Assembly (NCBI GenBank): GCA_040954595.2
Contig: CM082590.2
Coordinates: 5,394,001-5,458,000, forward strand
Length of the DNA stretch: 64,000 bases
From: Balanoglossus misakiensis
Taxonomy: Eukaryota > Animalia > Hemichordata
Direction of reading: 5' to 3'
The notes beneath the pieces were generated by a model, which saw nothing but the letters and a program-made list of their open reading frames with translations, ran no database searches and was not told the DNA's origin. Below are positions 1 through 16,180 of the stretch, piece by piece. The translations under genes were made by a program, and so were the position numbers. How positions within the stretch are numbered: the first letter of the stretch is position 1; every line of letters starts with the position of its first letter.

Positions 1-149
1 TCGAGCAGTGATGACTGTGTTCTAACCAGTACAACGGTAAATCCTGACACGTTAAGTAGCTTCATGACTGTGAGTATACACATATGTTCCACAGTAGATT
101 GCATCAGGGACACACTGCACTGTCTACAGGATCGCGCGTCAGAATAGTC

Positions 150-287
150 AAGTATCTAGTATCTAGCCGTATTTTGTCCGCTTTGCTTCCAAAACTACGT
201 CTAACTTCAATCATGCCACTGGCCAAATAAAACCCCATACATTGTTTTGGAAGCAAGGCGGACAAAATACGGCTAGATACTAGACTA
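150..287. repeat. Local inverted duplication (hairpin) inside an array unit
   Basis: CTAGTATCTAGCCGTATTTTGTCCGCTTTGCTTCCAAAAC (~156-196) is inverted at 244-283 (GTTTTGGAAGCAAGGCGGACAAAATACGGCTAGATACTAG). The same structure recurs at ~29360-29492. Confidence 0.8.
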
Positions 288-3231
288 GTGTCTGCATGGC
301 CATGGAAAAAGTTCTCAGAAATTCGGTAGATTTTCTATTTTCTGAGAATTTCCATTTGCCAGCCAACATCATAATTTTATCATGTCAATTAAATTCAAAA
401 TATAAATTCCTACATACAAACTAATAATTGGCAAATTAGCTAACTTTAGTCTTATTACACTTACCGCCGAGTTCTGAATGACACGCCGTCAAAGCCACTG
501 GACGTCGACCTGCATACACGGTCAGAATAGTCGCTGTATGACAGAGCAGACAGCTTTAAAGGAACCGCATTGATAACAGCGTCACTTTGCATGGTTTATT
601 GCTGTCCACCACTGCCTTGCACAAATGGAATTCAACTGAAACCACTCGACGTCATTTATTGCAACTAGTGTTTACCTTTACACACACAAAAAACCCTGCT
701 GTAAACTATCAGCATATAAAGTTTAAGTCTAAAGTCTTTTTCTTCTCTATAAAATGCAAGTATGAATTTTACCAGCTATTTAGTAATGCAAATTGTCCAT
801 TATTTTGTGCGTATATGTGTTGGAATGTATTAGCGTAGCGGGGGGGGGGGGGGCATCTCTTAAATATTTCATACGGTTTAATCTATTGGCTTTATGCGAA
901 TATACTTTGACGGAAACCACTCAACACACTTAATATATAGCACAGGGTGTTTGTTTAGTCGGCAGAAAAACACTCCACCACAATCAAGTAACATATAAAC
1001 ATTTTTCAACCAGATCACGATAACGTCAGGAATTATCGTGAGCTACACGTCATACAGCTGTTTGGCAAAATATTGTCGCAACCATGGCCCCTTTAGAGAA
1101 CAGTTTCTGAGTTGGCAAACGTGGCCGTGGTTTATTTCGCATTTTTTTAAATTCTTCATCAGGCAATTCAAGCGCTGGCGAAACGCAACCAATCAGAGCG
1201 TGCGTCTCATAAATGTATCGGAATGCAAATTTTAACCGTTTGATATAACAATACAAAATCTGAGAAGGAAATGACAGAATATATTTGTATGAGGCCATTT
1301 GTGTGTGCGGGCCATTTTTAAGACTAAATTTAAAACAGTTATTAGAGCCCTTGACAAGTGGTTTTTCCCCCTGCCAAGCACCCTTCTTATCAAGCTTCAT
1401 TCAATATTACATGAGCAAAACAGTTCAGCATTTCACCTTGGTGTTTGCAAATTGTTCCTTCACCCATATACCAAACCACTGTTCTCCAAACATGCTGCTC
1501 ATCATCCTATACACACTGAGAGAGCACCAAGTGTCCTTGACGCTATTTTTTGATATAGCTGTTTTATAGATAATTTTACCATAGGAAAACTATAGCTTGA
1601 GGTGAGCAACAATGCTGACTGAAAACGTAGGATGGGAACACTTTTTTCACTCTTCATGCTTAAATTCAAAATATACAAGAAATATGTTGTTTGACGGGTC
1701 CCATACAAAATGTAGAGCGGAATATAAAGTAAGGGTACCTGGAGGAACGATAGTCGATATAATCTCTACCACGTTGTTTCATGAGTCACTGGACTGACCC
1801 ATCAGAAGACTAAACTGGCCAGTTTATTACTTTTTGCCTTTAAAACACATCAACAGTTTTCAAGATTAGAAATTCCGGTACGCATAGATATTAACACTTG
1901 TTGATGTGGTCAGTGGGGGAAACATTGTAAATTATGTATTTTGATTGTTTGCTGTAACCCAGATTACAGCAATTATTAATTAGCAGTCAGAATCTTTCAG
2001 CAAAACAAACTCTGGAAAAGAAGTTTGCTGCCAGGGTTTTAAATGAACCACCCTTAACTATAAAATTTCGCACAATGGGGGAATTGAAGAGGTTTATCAA
2101 TCTAGAATTTGTAAAATGAGACATATTTGAAGCCCCATGAGCTGCCAAATTCCACATTCACAATAAAAGACATAAAATCTTCTCCCTATACCCCTATTAC
2201 AATTTGCACCATCAAGGCACACTACTTGCATACCACAATAGTTGTGTACTCTTTGTCTGGAGGAAGATTAAACAGGCATGTCACCCATTTAATATATTAG
2301 TTGTTCAAATTGCAACATCCATCCACAATATGGCATCAACAAAATGTTTATGTATACCTATAAGTTTAATCTTATTTAGATGGACCAATCTAAAGTTGGA
2401 AAGTAAAAACCTAAAAATAATGCAAAAAGTGGCAGCTCTTGAGGATTTAAAGAAGGGCAATTGACACATGACCCACAACACACGCACTGATAAGAACAGC
2501 AGTGTAAGAACCGGGTTGGCAAACATTTTTGGGCAAACATTGACCAGTTGTCATAAAACTGCCGGTCAATTTTATTGCTCTTATCAACATAGAATGGCCT
2601 TCACCTGCATCTGATTACATGTTGGAGTCAGTGAGACTCCATGTGTACCAGTGTCCAGTGTGTAATTGTTATCAGCACCGCTCAACTGCATTCATACTTT
2701 TTAAATTAAAACTAAAACTTTGACTATTGTTCCTATTAGCCAACATCGATTGAATTGTTGTTCACATCAGCGCGTTCACACTCACTCATGTACTATGTAA
2801 AGAAGAGTAAATGACATCCCTGTCCACACAAGAACACTATAAAAGTCATAAGTTTGTCCTTCCATTCATGAGGTTTCTGTAACTATTGTTCTTGATATTC
2901 CGATGGTTTAGTTTGAAGTTTATTGACATGCTGTCTGTTGAGCTTTGTGTCTTAAAGATTAAATACTGTTTGTTCTACTGGCTTTACGCGTATAGACTTT
3001 GACGGAAACCACTCACCACACTTAATGTATAGCACAGGGTGTTTGTTTAGTCGGCAGAAAAACACTCCACCACAATCAAGTAGCTACAAACATTTTTCAA
3101 CCAGATCGCGATAAAGTCAGGAATTATCGTGAGCTACAGCTGTTTGGCAAAATATTGTCGCAACCATGGCCCCTTTAGAGCAACAGTTTCTGAGTTGCCA
3201 AACGAGGCCGTGGTTTATTTCGCATGTCTTT

Positions 3232-4201
3232 AAAGGTCCAATGCCATGCCCTATACAACCACGCGTAAAATCACTATTTGGGTCTTGAAGTTTACGTATG
3301 TTACTATCTTGCAATGCGTTTTGCCCTCTGTGCTTAGATAACAAGCAAGTAAAAGTGGCGGGTGGGCGTGTACCCCTAACCCAACTCAGTCGAGTTTCTT
3401 CGGCTTTTCGAAGTTCAGTCGAAGGCTTATCTTGATGTGGACAAATAGTCTTTCACACCTTCGTAAATCCTCTGCCTGTAATGTGAGGCAAGGGCTTCTT
3501 TTGCTTTGAACACTGTTTATAGTCTTGTTCTCACTAAAAGTTTCGACACCAGTGCTATGCCAGTGTTTACCCTCTGCAAACACAGGGGATTAGCCCTCAG
3601 AATCTCTGTGCGTCCACACACTAAACTTTTGGCCACTGTTTTGAAATAAACACCGTCTAAATGGCCATGTTTAGCATCACGGCAACTAACAAAATTGAGG
3701 ACGTCGAGGACATTACAGCAACATGTTTCAGTTTCTATACCTGCATATGCGTTCTAGACGACTTGTTACAGCAACATGTTTCAGTTTCTATACCTGCATA
3801 TGCGTTCTAGACGACTTTGTGACAGTTTTGATAATGTTTAGAAGTAAATGAATGTTAATCCATAAATGGAAAATGCCTCAGCTTTTCGGTGATCAAGAGA
3901 ACCTTCTAAAAGTTGGTAGCAGACAGAAGTGTTGCAGACCTGGCAAACTGCGAATGGTTTGAAAACCACTCGCGTCCAGTGTGATTGACTTCACAATGGA
4001 AACTGACCAAAGACAATGGGCTATACCTAATAAACATACCCAAAAGTCACTGCAGGGTGGCGCTTTTGAACGGTGTTTGTTTATCTTTGCGTTCTCACTG
4101 CATATTTGCGTCGGAGCGCTGGCCCAGCACTGGCCCTGACCCGCCACCCATCACCGTCGCAAATTAACACCGGCCCAACACCGGTGTAAAGCGTTCTCAC
4201 T
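3232..4201. mobile_element. Unique insertion in the array, probable non-autonomous DNA transposon fragment
   Basis: Starts right after TTCGCATGTCTTTAA, where sister units continue into array sequence. About 1 kb is absent from other units and includes a ~50-bp tandem duplication at 3714-3815. No matching right terminus was seen. Confidence 0.45.
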
Positions 4202-7200
4202 TGTTTTTACGCGTATAGACTTTGACGGAAACCACTCAACACACTTAATATATAGCACAGAATGTTTGTTTAGTCGGCAGAAAAACACTCCACCACAATC
4301 AAGTAGCTACAAACATTTTTTAACCAGATCGCGATAAAGTCAGGAATTATCGTGAGCTACAGTTTATAACAGGTATTTGGCAAAATATTTTCGCAACCAT
4401 GGCCCCTTTAGAGCAACAGTTTTTGAGTTGCCAAAAGAGGCCATGGTTTATTTCGCATGTTTTAATTATACTAGTTAAGTATCTAGCCGTATTTTGTCCG
4501 TATTTTGCTTTCAAAATTATGTCTAGAGTCATGCATGCTACTACATGCCACTGGCCCAATAAAACCTGGGAATTGTGATGTAACTAGCGTCCCTCTGAAG
4601 TCAATCCCAGACTGTTTTTCCTAGGATTGGACAAATGATATACATGTGTGTAATTAAGGATGGGTAAAATAGTATATTGTATTTCAAAGGGTATATTTTT
4701 TAGAAAATTGGGCCAGGACTGGCATACATTGCAGGCCCAGTCAGACGAAATGGTGTCTACAGCACATTATATAGCTATGTCAGCCCAGCTGTCACATATA
4801 TTGTGATAGGCTGGCGCCATACCTGTGTCACTTTGAAGGAACTCATGTCGGGTCAGAGGTCATCATTCATTTACATTGCATGACTCCGGTCTGCCATGTT
4901 TATAGACGCATTATCAGAATGACTACAAAGTAACACAGGCATGTATTTCAACAGGTGTTTTATCTCAAGCTAGGACCTGCTGCTCATAAAAAGTTAGTTT
5001 ACAACAGATCAGCGAAAGAGGTTAAATACGTGTAACCAGAAAAATTGTAAATAAAATGTCGTCAGAGACCAGGACTTCTATGTTTTTTGTCACGCGTTGG
5101 ATAACCGCGCGTGTATTGAAAAAAAACATTAACTAGGTCGTAAGACGGATAAACGCCAACTTGATGTAGGTTAATTTAAGTTTACATATATAATATCCAT
5201 AAATGATAAGACCCACATTGACAAACAGTTTAAGACAGGTCTATCCAATTATTTTTATTTTCTTGTACTACTGTTGTCCTCCCTCAACGGCCTAACACGT
5301 GTAATGTAGATAAGCAATTTCTTGCAGTTATTATTGTCGTAGAGAATGGCAATCATCAACACCTTCATCTGACTTTATTTGGAGTCAGTGAGATTGGATG
5401 TGTACCAGTGTTAATTGTGTCATCTTTATCAGCACCGTTCATTCGCATTAATCCTTTTCGACAAGGATTTATTAAGACCAAGACCAGTATTCATAAAATT
5501 GTCAGCCAATATTGATTTTATTGCTGTTATCAGCACTCTCTCAGTGGTACGAAGTAAAGGAGTATGGGGGGATATTTGTGACATGACCACTATAAAATGT
5601 ATTCATAAATTTGACCTTTCAGCTATGATGTTTGGGACTATACGTACATCAAGAATTGTTGTTGTGGATATTCCGATCCGTGGAATCCGTTTTAAAATTA
5701 ATTGTCATACAAACAATCTATTCAGCTTGTAATCAGAAGAAATTTACTTTGGGTCTTAAAAATTAAATACATATATACTGTTTATTGATTTGGCTTTATG
5801 GCATACCGAAACCACTCAACACATTTTATAGCACAGAATGTTTTAGTTGGTAGAGAAATACTCCGCCATTCAAACACACAATCAAGCAGGATAGAAACAC
5901 TTCTCAACCAGATCGCGATAACGTCATGATTATCATGAGCTAGAATTCATACAGCTGTTTTGCATTCAACACATTGGCGTAAACTATTCCCCGCCCCCTT
6001 GTACAGTTTCTGCGTTGCCAGAAGAGACCATGTTTTATTTCTCATGTTTAGAATTAATCAATCATTCATCGGCCAGTTACAGAGTTGACGAAACGGAGCC
6101 AATCAGAATGTACGTCTCACAAATGTGTCCACATATAAATTAAACCGTTACTTGTCCAGTACTATTCTATTTCGACTATTCTATTTCTATTAATTCACTT
6201 ACCGCCGAGTTCTGAATGACACGCCGTCAAAGCCGCTGGACGTCGACCTGCATACACGGTCAGAATAGTCGCTGAATGACAGAGCAGACTACTTTAAAGG
6301 AACCGCATTGATAACAGCGTCACTTTGCATGGTTTATTGCTATCCACCACTGCCTTGCACAAATGGAATTCAACTGAAACCACTCGACGTCATTTATTGC
6401 AACTAGTGTTTACCTTTACACACAAAAAACCCTGCTGTAAACTATCAGCATACAAAGTTTAACTCTAAAGTTTTTTCTTCTCTATAAAATGCAAATATGA
6501 GTTTTACCAGCTGTTTTGTAATGCAAAATTTCCATTCTTTTGTGCATATATGTGTTGGAATGTATTAGCGGGGGGGGCATCTCTTAAAGATTAAATACTG
6601 TTTAATCTATTGGCTTTATGCGTATAGACTTTGGTGGAAACCACTCAACACACTTAATATATAGCACAGGGTGTTTGTTTAGTCGGCAGAAAAACACTCC
6701 ACCACAATCAAGTAACACACAAACATTTTTCAACCAGATCACGAGAAAGTCAGGAATTATCGTGAGTAACAGGTCATACAGCTGTTTGGCAAAATATTGT
6801 CGTCACAATGGCCCCTTTAGAGCACCACGTCTTCATTTTAAAATCTCGAATAAATTCAAGAATCCTTGTTGCATCATTTCCAACTTCCACAAACAAACTA
6901 ATAATTGTAACATCAGCTGACTTCAGTCTTGAACTGAATACACTCAACATAGATTTTTGAATGACAGGCCGTCAACGCCACTGAACACCAACCTGCATAC
7001 ACGGTCAAAAAAACTCACTGAATGACAGAGCAAACAACTTTAAAGGAACCGCACTGATAACAACACCGCTTTGCATGCATGCATGGTTTATTGCTGTTCG
7101 CCACTGCCCCGCACAAATGGAATTCAACTGAAACCACTCGACGTCATTTATTGCTACTAGTGTTTACCTTTACACACACAAAATACTCCTGCTGTAAACT

Positions 7201-10200
7201 ATCAGCATACAAAGTTTAACTCTAAAGTTTTTTCTTCTCTATAAAATGCAAGTATGAGTTTTACCAGCTGTTTTGTAATGCAAAATTTCCATTCTTTTGT
7301 GCATATATGTGTTGGAATGTATTAGCGTAGCGGGGGGGGGGGCATCTCTTAAAGATTAAATACTGTTTAATCTATTGGCTTTATGCGTATAGACTTTGGC
7401 GGAAACCACTCAACACACTTAATATGTAGCACAGAATATTAGTCTGAAGAAAAACACTCCACCACAATCAAGTATCTACAAACATTTTTCAACCAGATCG
7501 TGATAAAGTCAGGAATTATCGTTAGCTACAGCTGTTTGGCAAAATATTGCCGCAACAATGGCCCCTTTAGAGCACTACATCTTCTTTTTATTTTAAAATC
7601 TCGAATAAATTCAAGAATCCTTGTGGCATCATTTCTATCTTCCACAAACAAACTCATAATTGTAACATTAGCTGACTTCAGTCTTGAACTGAATACACTC
7701 AACATAGATTTCTGAATGGCACGCCGTCAAAACCACTGGACGTCGACCTGCATACACGGTCAGAAAACTCGCTGAATGACAGAGCAGAAAACTTTAAAGG
7801 AACCGCATTGATAACAGCGTCACTTTGCATGGTTTATTGCTGTCCACCACTGCCTTGCACACATGGATTTCAACTGAAACCACTCGACGTCATTTATTGC
7901 AACTAGTGTTTACCTTTACACACACAAAATACCCCTGCTGTAAACTATCAGCATAAAGTTTGTCTAAATTTACAGTCAGTCAGGAATTATCGTGAGCTAC
8001 AGGTCATACAGCTGTTTGGCAAAATATTGTCGCAACAATGGCCCCTTTAGAGCACTACATCTTCATTTTAAAATCTCGAATAAATTCAAGAATCCTTGTT
8101 GCAACTCCCACAAACAAACTAATAATTGTAACATTAGGTGACTTTAATCTTGAACTGAATACATTCAACATAGAATTCTGAATGACACGCCGTCAACGCC
8201 ACTGGACACCGACCTGCATACACGGTCAGAAAACTCGCTGAATGACAGAGCAAACAACTTTGATAACAACGCCGCTTTGCAAGGTTTATTGCTGTCCACG
8301 CCTGCCTCGCACAGATGGAATTCAACCGAAACCACTCGACAACATTTATTGCAACTAGTGTTTACCTTTACAAACACAAAATACCCCAGCTGTAAACTAT
8401 AAGCATAAAAAGTTTAAGTCTAAAAATGTTCTTCTCTATAAAAAAGAAGTATGAATTTTATCAGCTCTCTTGTAATGCATATTGTTGATTATTTTGTACC
8501 TAATTATGTTGGAATGTATTAGCATAGCGGGGGGGGGGGGTCTTCCCTGGAATTTGGAGATATTACAAAAATGGGGACGATAAAATTCAGCACAAATGGG
8601 GGGGGGAGTGATGAGGCTCTCAAATCTAGAATTTGTGAGGTTAGACATGTCCGAAGAAAGGAAATTGACACAAGACCACAATACACGCACTGATAAGAAC
8701 AGCGGTATAAGACCTAACATTGACCAGTTGTCAAAAAATGTCGGTCAATTGTATTGCTCTTATCAATAGCAATTTACTTTGGGTCGTAAAGATTAAATAC
8801 TGTTTGTTCTATTAGCTTTACGCGTACAGACTTTGACAGAAACCACTCCACACACACTATATATTGCACTAAGTGTTTGTTTAGTCGGCAGAAAAACACT
8901 CCACCACAATCAAGTAGCTACAAACATTGTTTTCAGCAAGATCGCGATAATCTCAGCTACAGGTCATACAGCTGTTTGGCAAAATATTGTCGCAACCATT
9001 GCTCCTTTGGAGCACAAGTTTCTGAGTTGCCAAACGAGGCCGTCGTTTATTTCGCATGTTTTTAATTATACTAGTTTAGTATCTAGCCGTATTTTGTCCG
9101 TATTTTGCTTTCAAAATTATGTCTAGAGTCATGCATGCTACTACATGCCACTGGCCCAATAAAACCTGGGAATTGTGATGTAACTAGCGTCCCTCTGAAG
9201 TCAATCCCAGACTGTTTTTCCTAGGATTGGACAAATGATATACATGTGTGTAATTAAGGATGGGTAAACTTTTTATTTGAAATTAGCCCCACCTTCACTA
9301 TAATCTAACGCCCAATCACCAGTGTTCACTTTATGTGATTGACTACAAGGGGGTGCTAGTTACATCACAACTCCTAGACTATTCCAGCGCTGGCGAAATG
9401 GAACCAATCAGAACGTGCGTCTCATAAGTGTATCGAAATGCAAATTTTAACCGTTACTTCGCCTTGCCGATTGGTATTATTTTTTTTCTACTGAAGATCG
9501 CTGTCCTGCGTGAGTGTTGCGTGATTGATGGTGATTGGCTGCTCTGTTTCGGCCTTGGTGTAAATAACAGTCGAGGAGTGACCGTGTATAAATGCATGTG
9601 CCCGTGCCCGCTTATTATCCGGAGACTTCAGTGGAGTCGCTAAGGTCTGACTGTCAAAAAGACACCGCTCGAACAAGTATGCAGTAAATCATGACATATT
9701 GAGTAGAATATTGTATTTCAAGGGGTATATTTTTTTAAATTGGGCCAGGACAGGCATACATTTCAGGCCCAGTCAGACGAAATTGTGTCTACAGCACATT
9801 ATATAGCTATGTCAGCCCAGCTGTCACATATATTGTGAAAGGCTGGCGCCATACCTGCGTCACCTTGAAGGAACTCATGTCGGGTCAGAGGTCATCATTC
9901 GTTTTTATTGCATGACTCCGGTCTGCCATGTTTATAGAATCACTGTCAGAATGACTACAAAGTAACACAGGCATGTATTTCAACAGGTGTTTTACCTCAA
10001 GCTAGGACCTGCTGCTCATAAAAAGTTAGTTTACAACAAATCAGCGAAAGAGGTAATACGTGTAACCAGAAAAATTGTAACTAAAATGTCGTCAGAGACC
10101 TGGCCTTCTCTGTTTTTTTTTGTCACACGTTGGATAACCGCGCGTGTATTGAAAAAAAATAACTGAAACATTAACTAGGTCGTAAGACGGATAAACGCCA

Positions 10201-13200
10201 ACTTGAAGAAGGTTTATTTAAGTTTACATATAATATCCATAAATCATAAGACCCACATTGACAAACAGTTTTAGACAGGTCAATCCTATTTTTGATTTCC
10301 ATCCCTGTACTACTGTTGTCCTCCCTCTTGTCGCTAACGAGTCAATCGGATTCAACGCCCTAACACGTGTAACGTAGATAAGCAATTGCTTGCAGTTATT
10401 ATTGTCATAGAGAATGGCCTTCATCAACACCTTCATCCGATTATATTTGGAGTCAGTGAGATTGCATGTGTACCAGTGTTAATTGTGTCATCTTTATCAG
10501 CACCGTTCATTCGCATTAATCCTTTTCGACTAGGATTTATTAAAACCAAGACCAGTATTCATAAAATTGACATGACCACTATAAAATGTATTCATAAATT
10601 TAACCTTTCAGCTATGATGTTTTGGACTATATGTACATCAAGAATTGTTGTTTTGGATATTCCGATCCGTGGAATCCGTTTTGAAATTAATTGCCATATA
10701 AACAATCTATTCAGCTTGTAATAAAATTAAATTATATTTGGGTCTTAAAGATTAAATACATATATACTGTTTATTTTTTTGGCTTTATGGCATACCGAAA
10801 CCACTCAACACATTTTATAGCACAGAATGTTTTAGTTGGTGGAGAAATAATCCGCCATTCAAGCACACAATCAAGCAGGATAGAAACACTTCTCAACCAG
10901 ATCGCGATAAAGTCAGGATTATCATGAGCTAGAATTCATACAGCTGTTTTGCATTCAACACATAGACGTAAACTATCCCCCCCCCATTGTTCAGTTTCTG
11001 CGTTGCCAGAAGAGACCATATTTTATTTCACATATTTAGAATTAATCAATTATTCATCGGCCAGTTACAGAGTTGATGAAACGCAACCAATCAGAATGTA
11101 CGTCTCACAAATGTGTTCACATATAAATTAAACCGTTACTTGTCCAGTACTATTCTATTTCGACTGCAGATCGCTGTCTTACGTGAATGTTGCATGATTG
11201 ATTTGGGGTTTTGTGCTACTCCGTTTCGGCTTTCTTGATAAGCTCAGTCGAGCAGTGATGACAGTGCTCGAAGAAGTACAACGGTAAATCCTGACACGTT
11301 AAGTAGATTCATGAGTGTGAGTACACATATGTTCCACAGTAGATTGCATCGAGGACACACTGTTCTGTCTACAGAATCGCGTGTCAGAATAGTCAAGTAT
11401 CTAGTATCTAGCCGTATTTTGTCCGCTTTGCTTCCAAAACTACGTACGTCTAACCACTTTGCAAAGTAAACACAAAGTGTCGCAATGCAATGTGAACTGC
11501 AATGTGAAGCAAATACGTCCACAGATTACAATGATCATTCATGGCAATACTGTTTTAGATGTTCAGGATATTAACTGAGAATTTACTTTTGCCAGCCAAC
11601 ATCATCTTTTTATAATGTCAATTAAATTCAAGAAGACTCGTGGCATCATTTCAAAATATTAATTCCTACATACAAACTAATAATTGGCAAATTAGCTAAC
11701 TTTAGTCTTATTACACTTCCCGCCGAGTTCTGAATGACACGCCGTCAAAGCCACTGGACGTCGACCTGCATACACGATCAGAATAGTCGCTGTATGACAG
11801 AGCAGACAACTTTAAAGGAACCGCATTGATAACAGCGTCACTTTGCATGGTTTATTGCTGTCCACCACTGCCTTGCACAAATGGAATTCAACTGAAACCA
11901 CTCGACGTCATTTATTGCAACTAGTGTTTACCTTTACACACAAAAAAAACCCTGCTGTAAACTATCAGCACATAAAGTTTAAGTCTAAAGTCTTTTTCTT
12001 CTCTATAAAATGCAAGTATGAATTTTACCAGCTATTTAGTAATGCAAATTGTCCATTATTTTGTGCGTATATGTGTTGGAATGTATTAGCGTAGCGGGGG
12101 GGGGGGGGCATCTCTTAAATATTTAATACGGTTTAATCTATTGGCTTTATGCGTATAGACTTTGACGGAAACCACTCAACACACTTAATATATAGCACAG
12201 GGTGTTTGTTTAGTCGGCAGAAAAACACTCCACCACAATCGAGTAACATATAAACATTTTTCAACCAGATCACGATAAAGTCAGGAATTATCGTGAGCTA
12301 CAGTTTATAACAGGTATTTGGCAAAATATTGTCGCAACCATGGCCCCTTTAGAGAACAGTTTCTGAGTTGGCAAAAGAGGCCGTGGTTTATTTCGCATTT
12401 TTTTTTATTCTTCATCGGGCAATTCAAGCGCTGGCGAAACGCAACCAATCAGAGCGTGCGTCTCATAAATGTATCGAAATGCAAATTTTAACCGTTTGAT
12501 ATAACAATACAAAATCTGAAAGGGAAATGACAGAATATATTTGTATGAGGCCATTAGTGTGTGCGGGCCATTTTTAAGACTAAATTTAAAACAGTTATTA
12601 GAGCCCTTGACAAGAGATTTTTCCCCCTGCCAAGCACCCACCTTATCAAGCTGCATTCAATATTACATGAGCAAAACAGTTCAGCATTTCACCTCGGTGT
12701 TTGAAAATTGTTCCTTTCACCCATATACCAAACCACTGTTCTCCAAACATGCTGCTCATCATCCACTACACACTGAGAGAGCACCAAGTGTCCTTGACGC
12801 TATTTTTTGATATAGTTGTTTTATAGATAATTTTACCATAGGAAAACTATACCTTGAGGTGAGCAACAATGCTGACTGAAAACGTAGGATGGGAACACTT
12901 TTTTCACTCATCATGCTTAAATTCAAAATATACAAGAAATATGTGGTTTGACGGGTCGCATACAAAATGTAGAGCGGAATAAAAAGTAAGGGTAACTGGA
13001 GGAACGATAGGCAATATAATCTCTACCACGTTGTTTCATGAGTCACTGGACTGACTCATCAGGAGACTAAACTGGCCAGTTTATTACTTTTTGCCTTTAA
13101 AATACATCAACAGTTTTCAAGATTAGAAATTCCGGTACTCATAGATATTAACACTTGTTGATGTGGTCAGTGGGGGAAACATTATAAATTATGTATTTTG

Positions 13201-13457
13201 ATGGTTTGCTGTAACCCAGGTTACAACAATTATTAATCAGCGGTCAGAATCTTTCAGCACAAAAATCTCTGGAAAAGAAGTTTGCTACCAGGGTGGAAAG
13301 AAATTAAAAGTTCCACCCTTAACTATAAAATTCCGCACAATGGGGGAATTGAAGAGGCTTATCAATCTAGAATTTGTAAAGTGAGACATATTTGAAGCCC
13401 CATGAGCTGCCAAATTCCACATTATTTCTCACAATAAAATACTTTAAATATTCTCCA

Positions 13458-14133
13458 TTTATCATACATGCAACGCCTGTATTTGGCACTTTCTATTGTT
13501 CTCGCCCCGAAGATATTTTACGGTATTACACTGAGCACGATATTTTACGGTATTACACTCCGCGTCTCGAACAATTTTTGAGAACGCGCGGCACGACAGT
13601 TCGCTGCGCGTGCGAGCGACGTACGGGGCATAGGACACTAGTGGAGAGGGGTGTTGTAAAATTCGGTTATTAGAAGCTGAAATAACGTTTTCAAAGCTGG
13701 CGGTTTTGCCATGTTGAATGAATCATTTTTACTTCTTCGAAATTCTCAATGCGAAATAATTGTTAACATGATATTTTGAAAGAGAACGTAGACAAGTTTA
13801 TTTAGAATGCGGATGTGCCCATCGTAATGAAAGCTGCCAACCCCCTTAAAATTATACTACGGCCCACACGTCATACGTCACAACATGGCTACTGCCGTGA
13901 TCCCAGCGCCTGGTTCAAATTTGAAATTGTTTTTCTCGGCGCATTTTCGCAAATCATACTGTTTTATAGGTAGGCATGTATGATAAAGGTGTTATTACAC
14001 GGATTTTGGTCGATAACGCGACGCATTCTCGTGATGTCCGTATTTCGACTCGTTGCGAAGCGCAACTCGTCAAAATACGGACATCACTCAAATACGACGC
14101 GTTATCGACCAAAATCCGTGTAATAACCCCTAA
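13458..14133. mobile_element. Non-autonomous element ending in a ~140-bp hairpin
   Basis: Absent from the sister unit at ~2180. Hairpin arms are GTTATTACACGGATTTTGGTCGATAACGCG (~13991) and CGCGTTATCGACCAAAATCCGTGTAATAAC (~14098-14127). No clear TSD. Confidence 0.7.
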
Positions 14134-16180
14134 ATATACCCATTACAATTTGCCCAATCAAGGCACACTACTTGCATACCACAATAGTTGTGTACTCTTT
14201 GTATGGAGGCAAATTAAAACAGGCATGGCACCATTTAATATATCAGTTGTTCAAATTGCAACATCCATCCATAATATGGTGTCGATATAAAGATGTTCTT
14301 GTATACCTATCAGTTTAAGCTTATTTAGATGGACCAATCTAAAGTTGGAAAGTAAAATCCTGAAAATAATGCAAAAAGTGGCAGCTCTTGAGGATTTAAA
14401 GAAGGGCAATTGACACATGACCCACAACACACGCACCGATAAGACTCAGTATAAGACCCACGATGGCAAACATTTTAGGCAAACATTGACCAGTTGTAAT
14501 AAAACTGCCGGTCAATTTAATGGCTCTTATCAACAGAGAATGGCCTTCACCTGCATCTGATTACATGTTGGAGTCAGTGAGACTCCATGTGTACCAGTGT
14601 CCAGTGTGTAATTGTTATCAGCACCGCTCAACTGCATTCATACTTTTTAAATTAAAACTAAAACTTTGACTATTGTTCCTATTAGCCAACATCGATTGAA
14701 TTGTTGTGCATATCAGCGCGTTCACACTCACTCATGTACTAAGTAAAGAAGAGTAAATGACATCCCTGTCCACACAAGAACACTATAAAAGTCATAAGTT
14801 TGTCCTTCCATTCATGAGGTTTCTGTATATTGTTCTTGATATTCCGATGGTTTAGTTTGAAGTTTATTGACATGCTGTCTGTTGAGCTTTGTATCTTAAA
14901 GATTAAATACTGTTTGTAATTTTAGCTTTACGCCAGTAGACTTAGACGGAAACCACTCCACGCTATATATAGCACAGAGTGTTAGTTTAGTCGGCAGAAA
15001 AACACTCCACCGCAATCAAGTAGCTACAAACATTTTTCAACCAGGTCGCGGCAGGAATTATGATCGTGAGCTACAGCTGTTTGGCAAAATATTGTCGCAA
15101 CCATGGCCCCTTTAGAGCAACAGTTTCTGAGTTGCCAAAAGAGGCCGTGGTTTATTTCGCATGGTTTTAATTATACTAGTTTAGTATCTAGCCGTATTTT
15201 GTCCGCTTTGCTTTCAAAATTATGTCTAGAGTCATGCATGCTCCTACATGGCCCAATAAAACCTTGGAATTGTGATGTAACTAGCGACCCTCTGAAGTCA
15301 ATCCCAGACTATTTTTCGTAGGATTGGACAAATGATATACACACATGTGTACTTAAGGATGGGTAAAATTTCAAATTAGCCCCACCATCACTATAATATA
15401 ACACCCAATCACCAGTGTTCAGTTTATATGATTGACTACAAGGGGACGCTAGTTACATCACAACTCCTACACTATTCGAGCGCTGGCGAAATGGAACCAA
15501 TCAGAACGTGCGTCTCATAAATGTATCGACATGTAAATTTTAACCGGTACTTTGCCATGCCGATTGGTATTATTTTTTTCTACCGCAGATCGCTGTCCTG
15601 CGTGAGTGTTGGGTGATTGATGGTGATTCGCTGCTCTGTTTCGGCCTTGGTATAAATCACAGTCGAGGGGTCGAGGAGTGACAGTGTGTAAATCCTTGTG
15701 CTTCAGTGGAGTCGCTAAGGCCAGACTGTCAAAAGGACACCGATTGAACAAGTACACAGTAAATCATGACACGTTGAGTAGAATATTGTATTTCAAGGGG
15801 TATATTTTATAAAATTTGTCCAATTTAGCCTCTACAGGCATAAGTGTGTGTATATTAGAAACAAAACACATTCAGACTATATTACAGTTCTGAATTCAAT
15901 CCCTTGTCCACGATCCTATACATGCAATGATGGAACAGGCATAACTCTCAGGCCCTGTCACGAAACTGTGTCTACAACACATTTTATAGCTACGTTAGCC
16001 CAGCTGTCACATATATTGTGATAGGCTGGCGCCATACCTGCGTCACCTTGAAGGAACTCATGTCGGGTCAGAGGTCATCATTCATTTATATTGCCATATT
16101 TAAAGACACATTGTCAGAATGACAACAAAGTAACACAGACATGCATGGATTTCAACAGGTGTTTTATCTCAAGCTAGGAC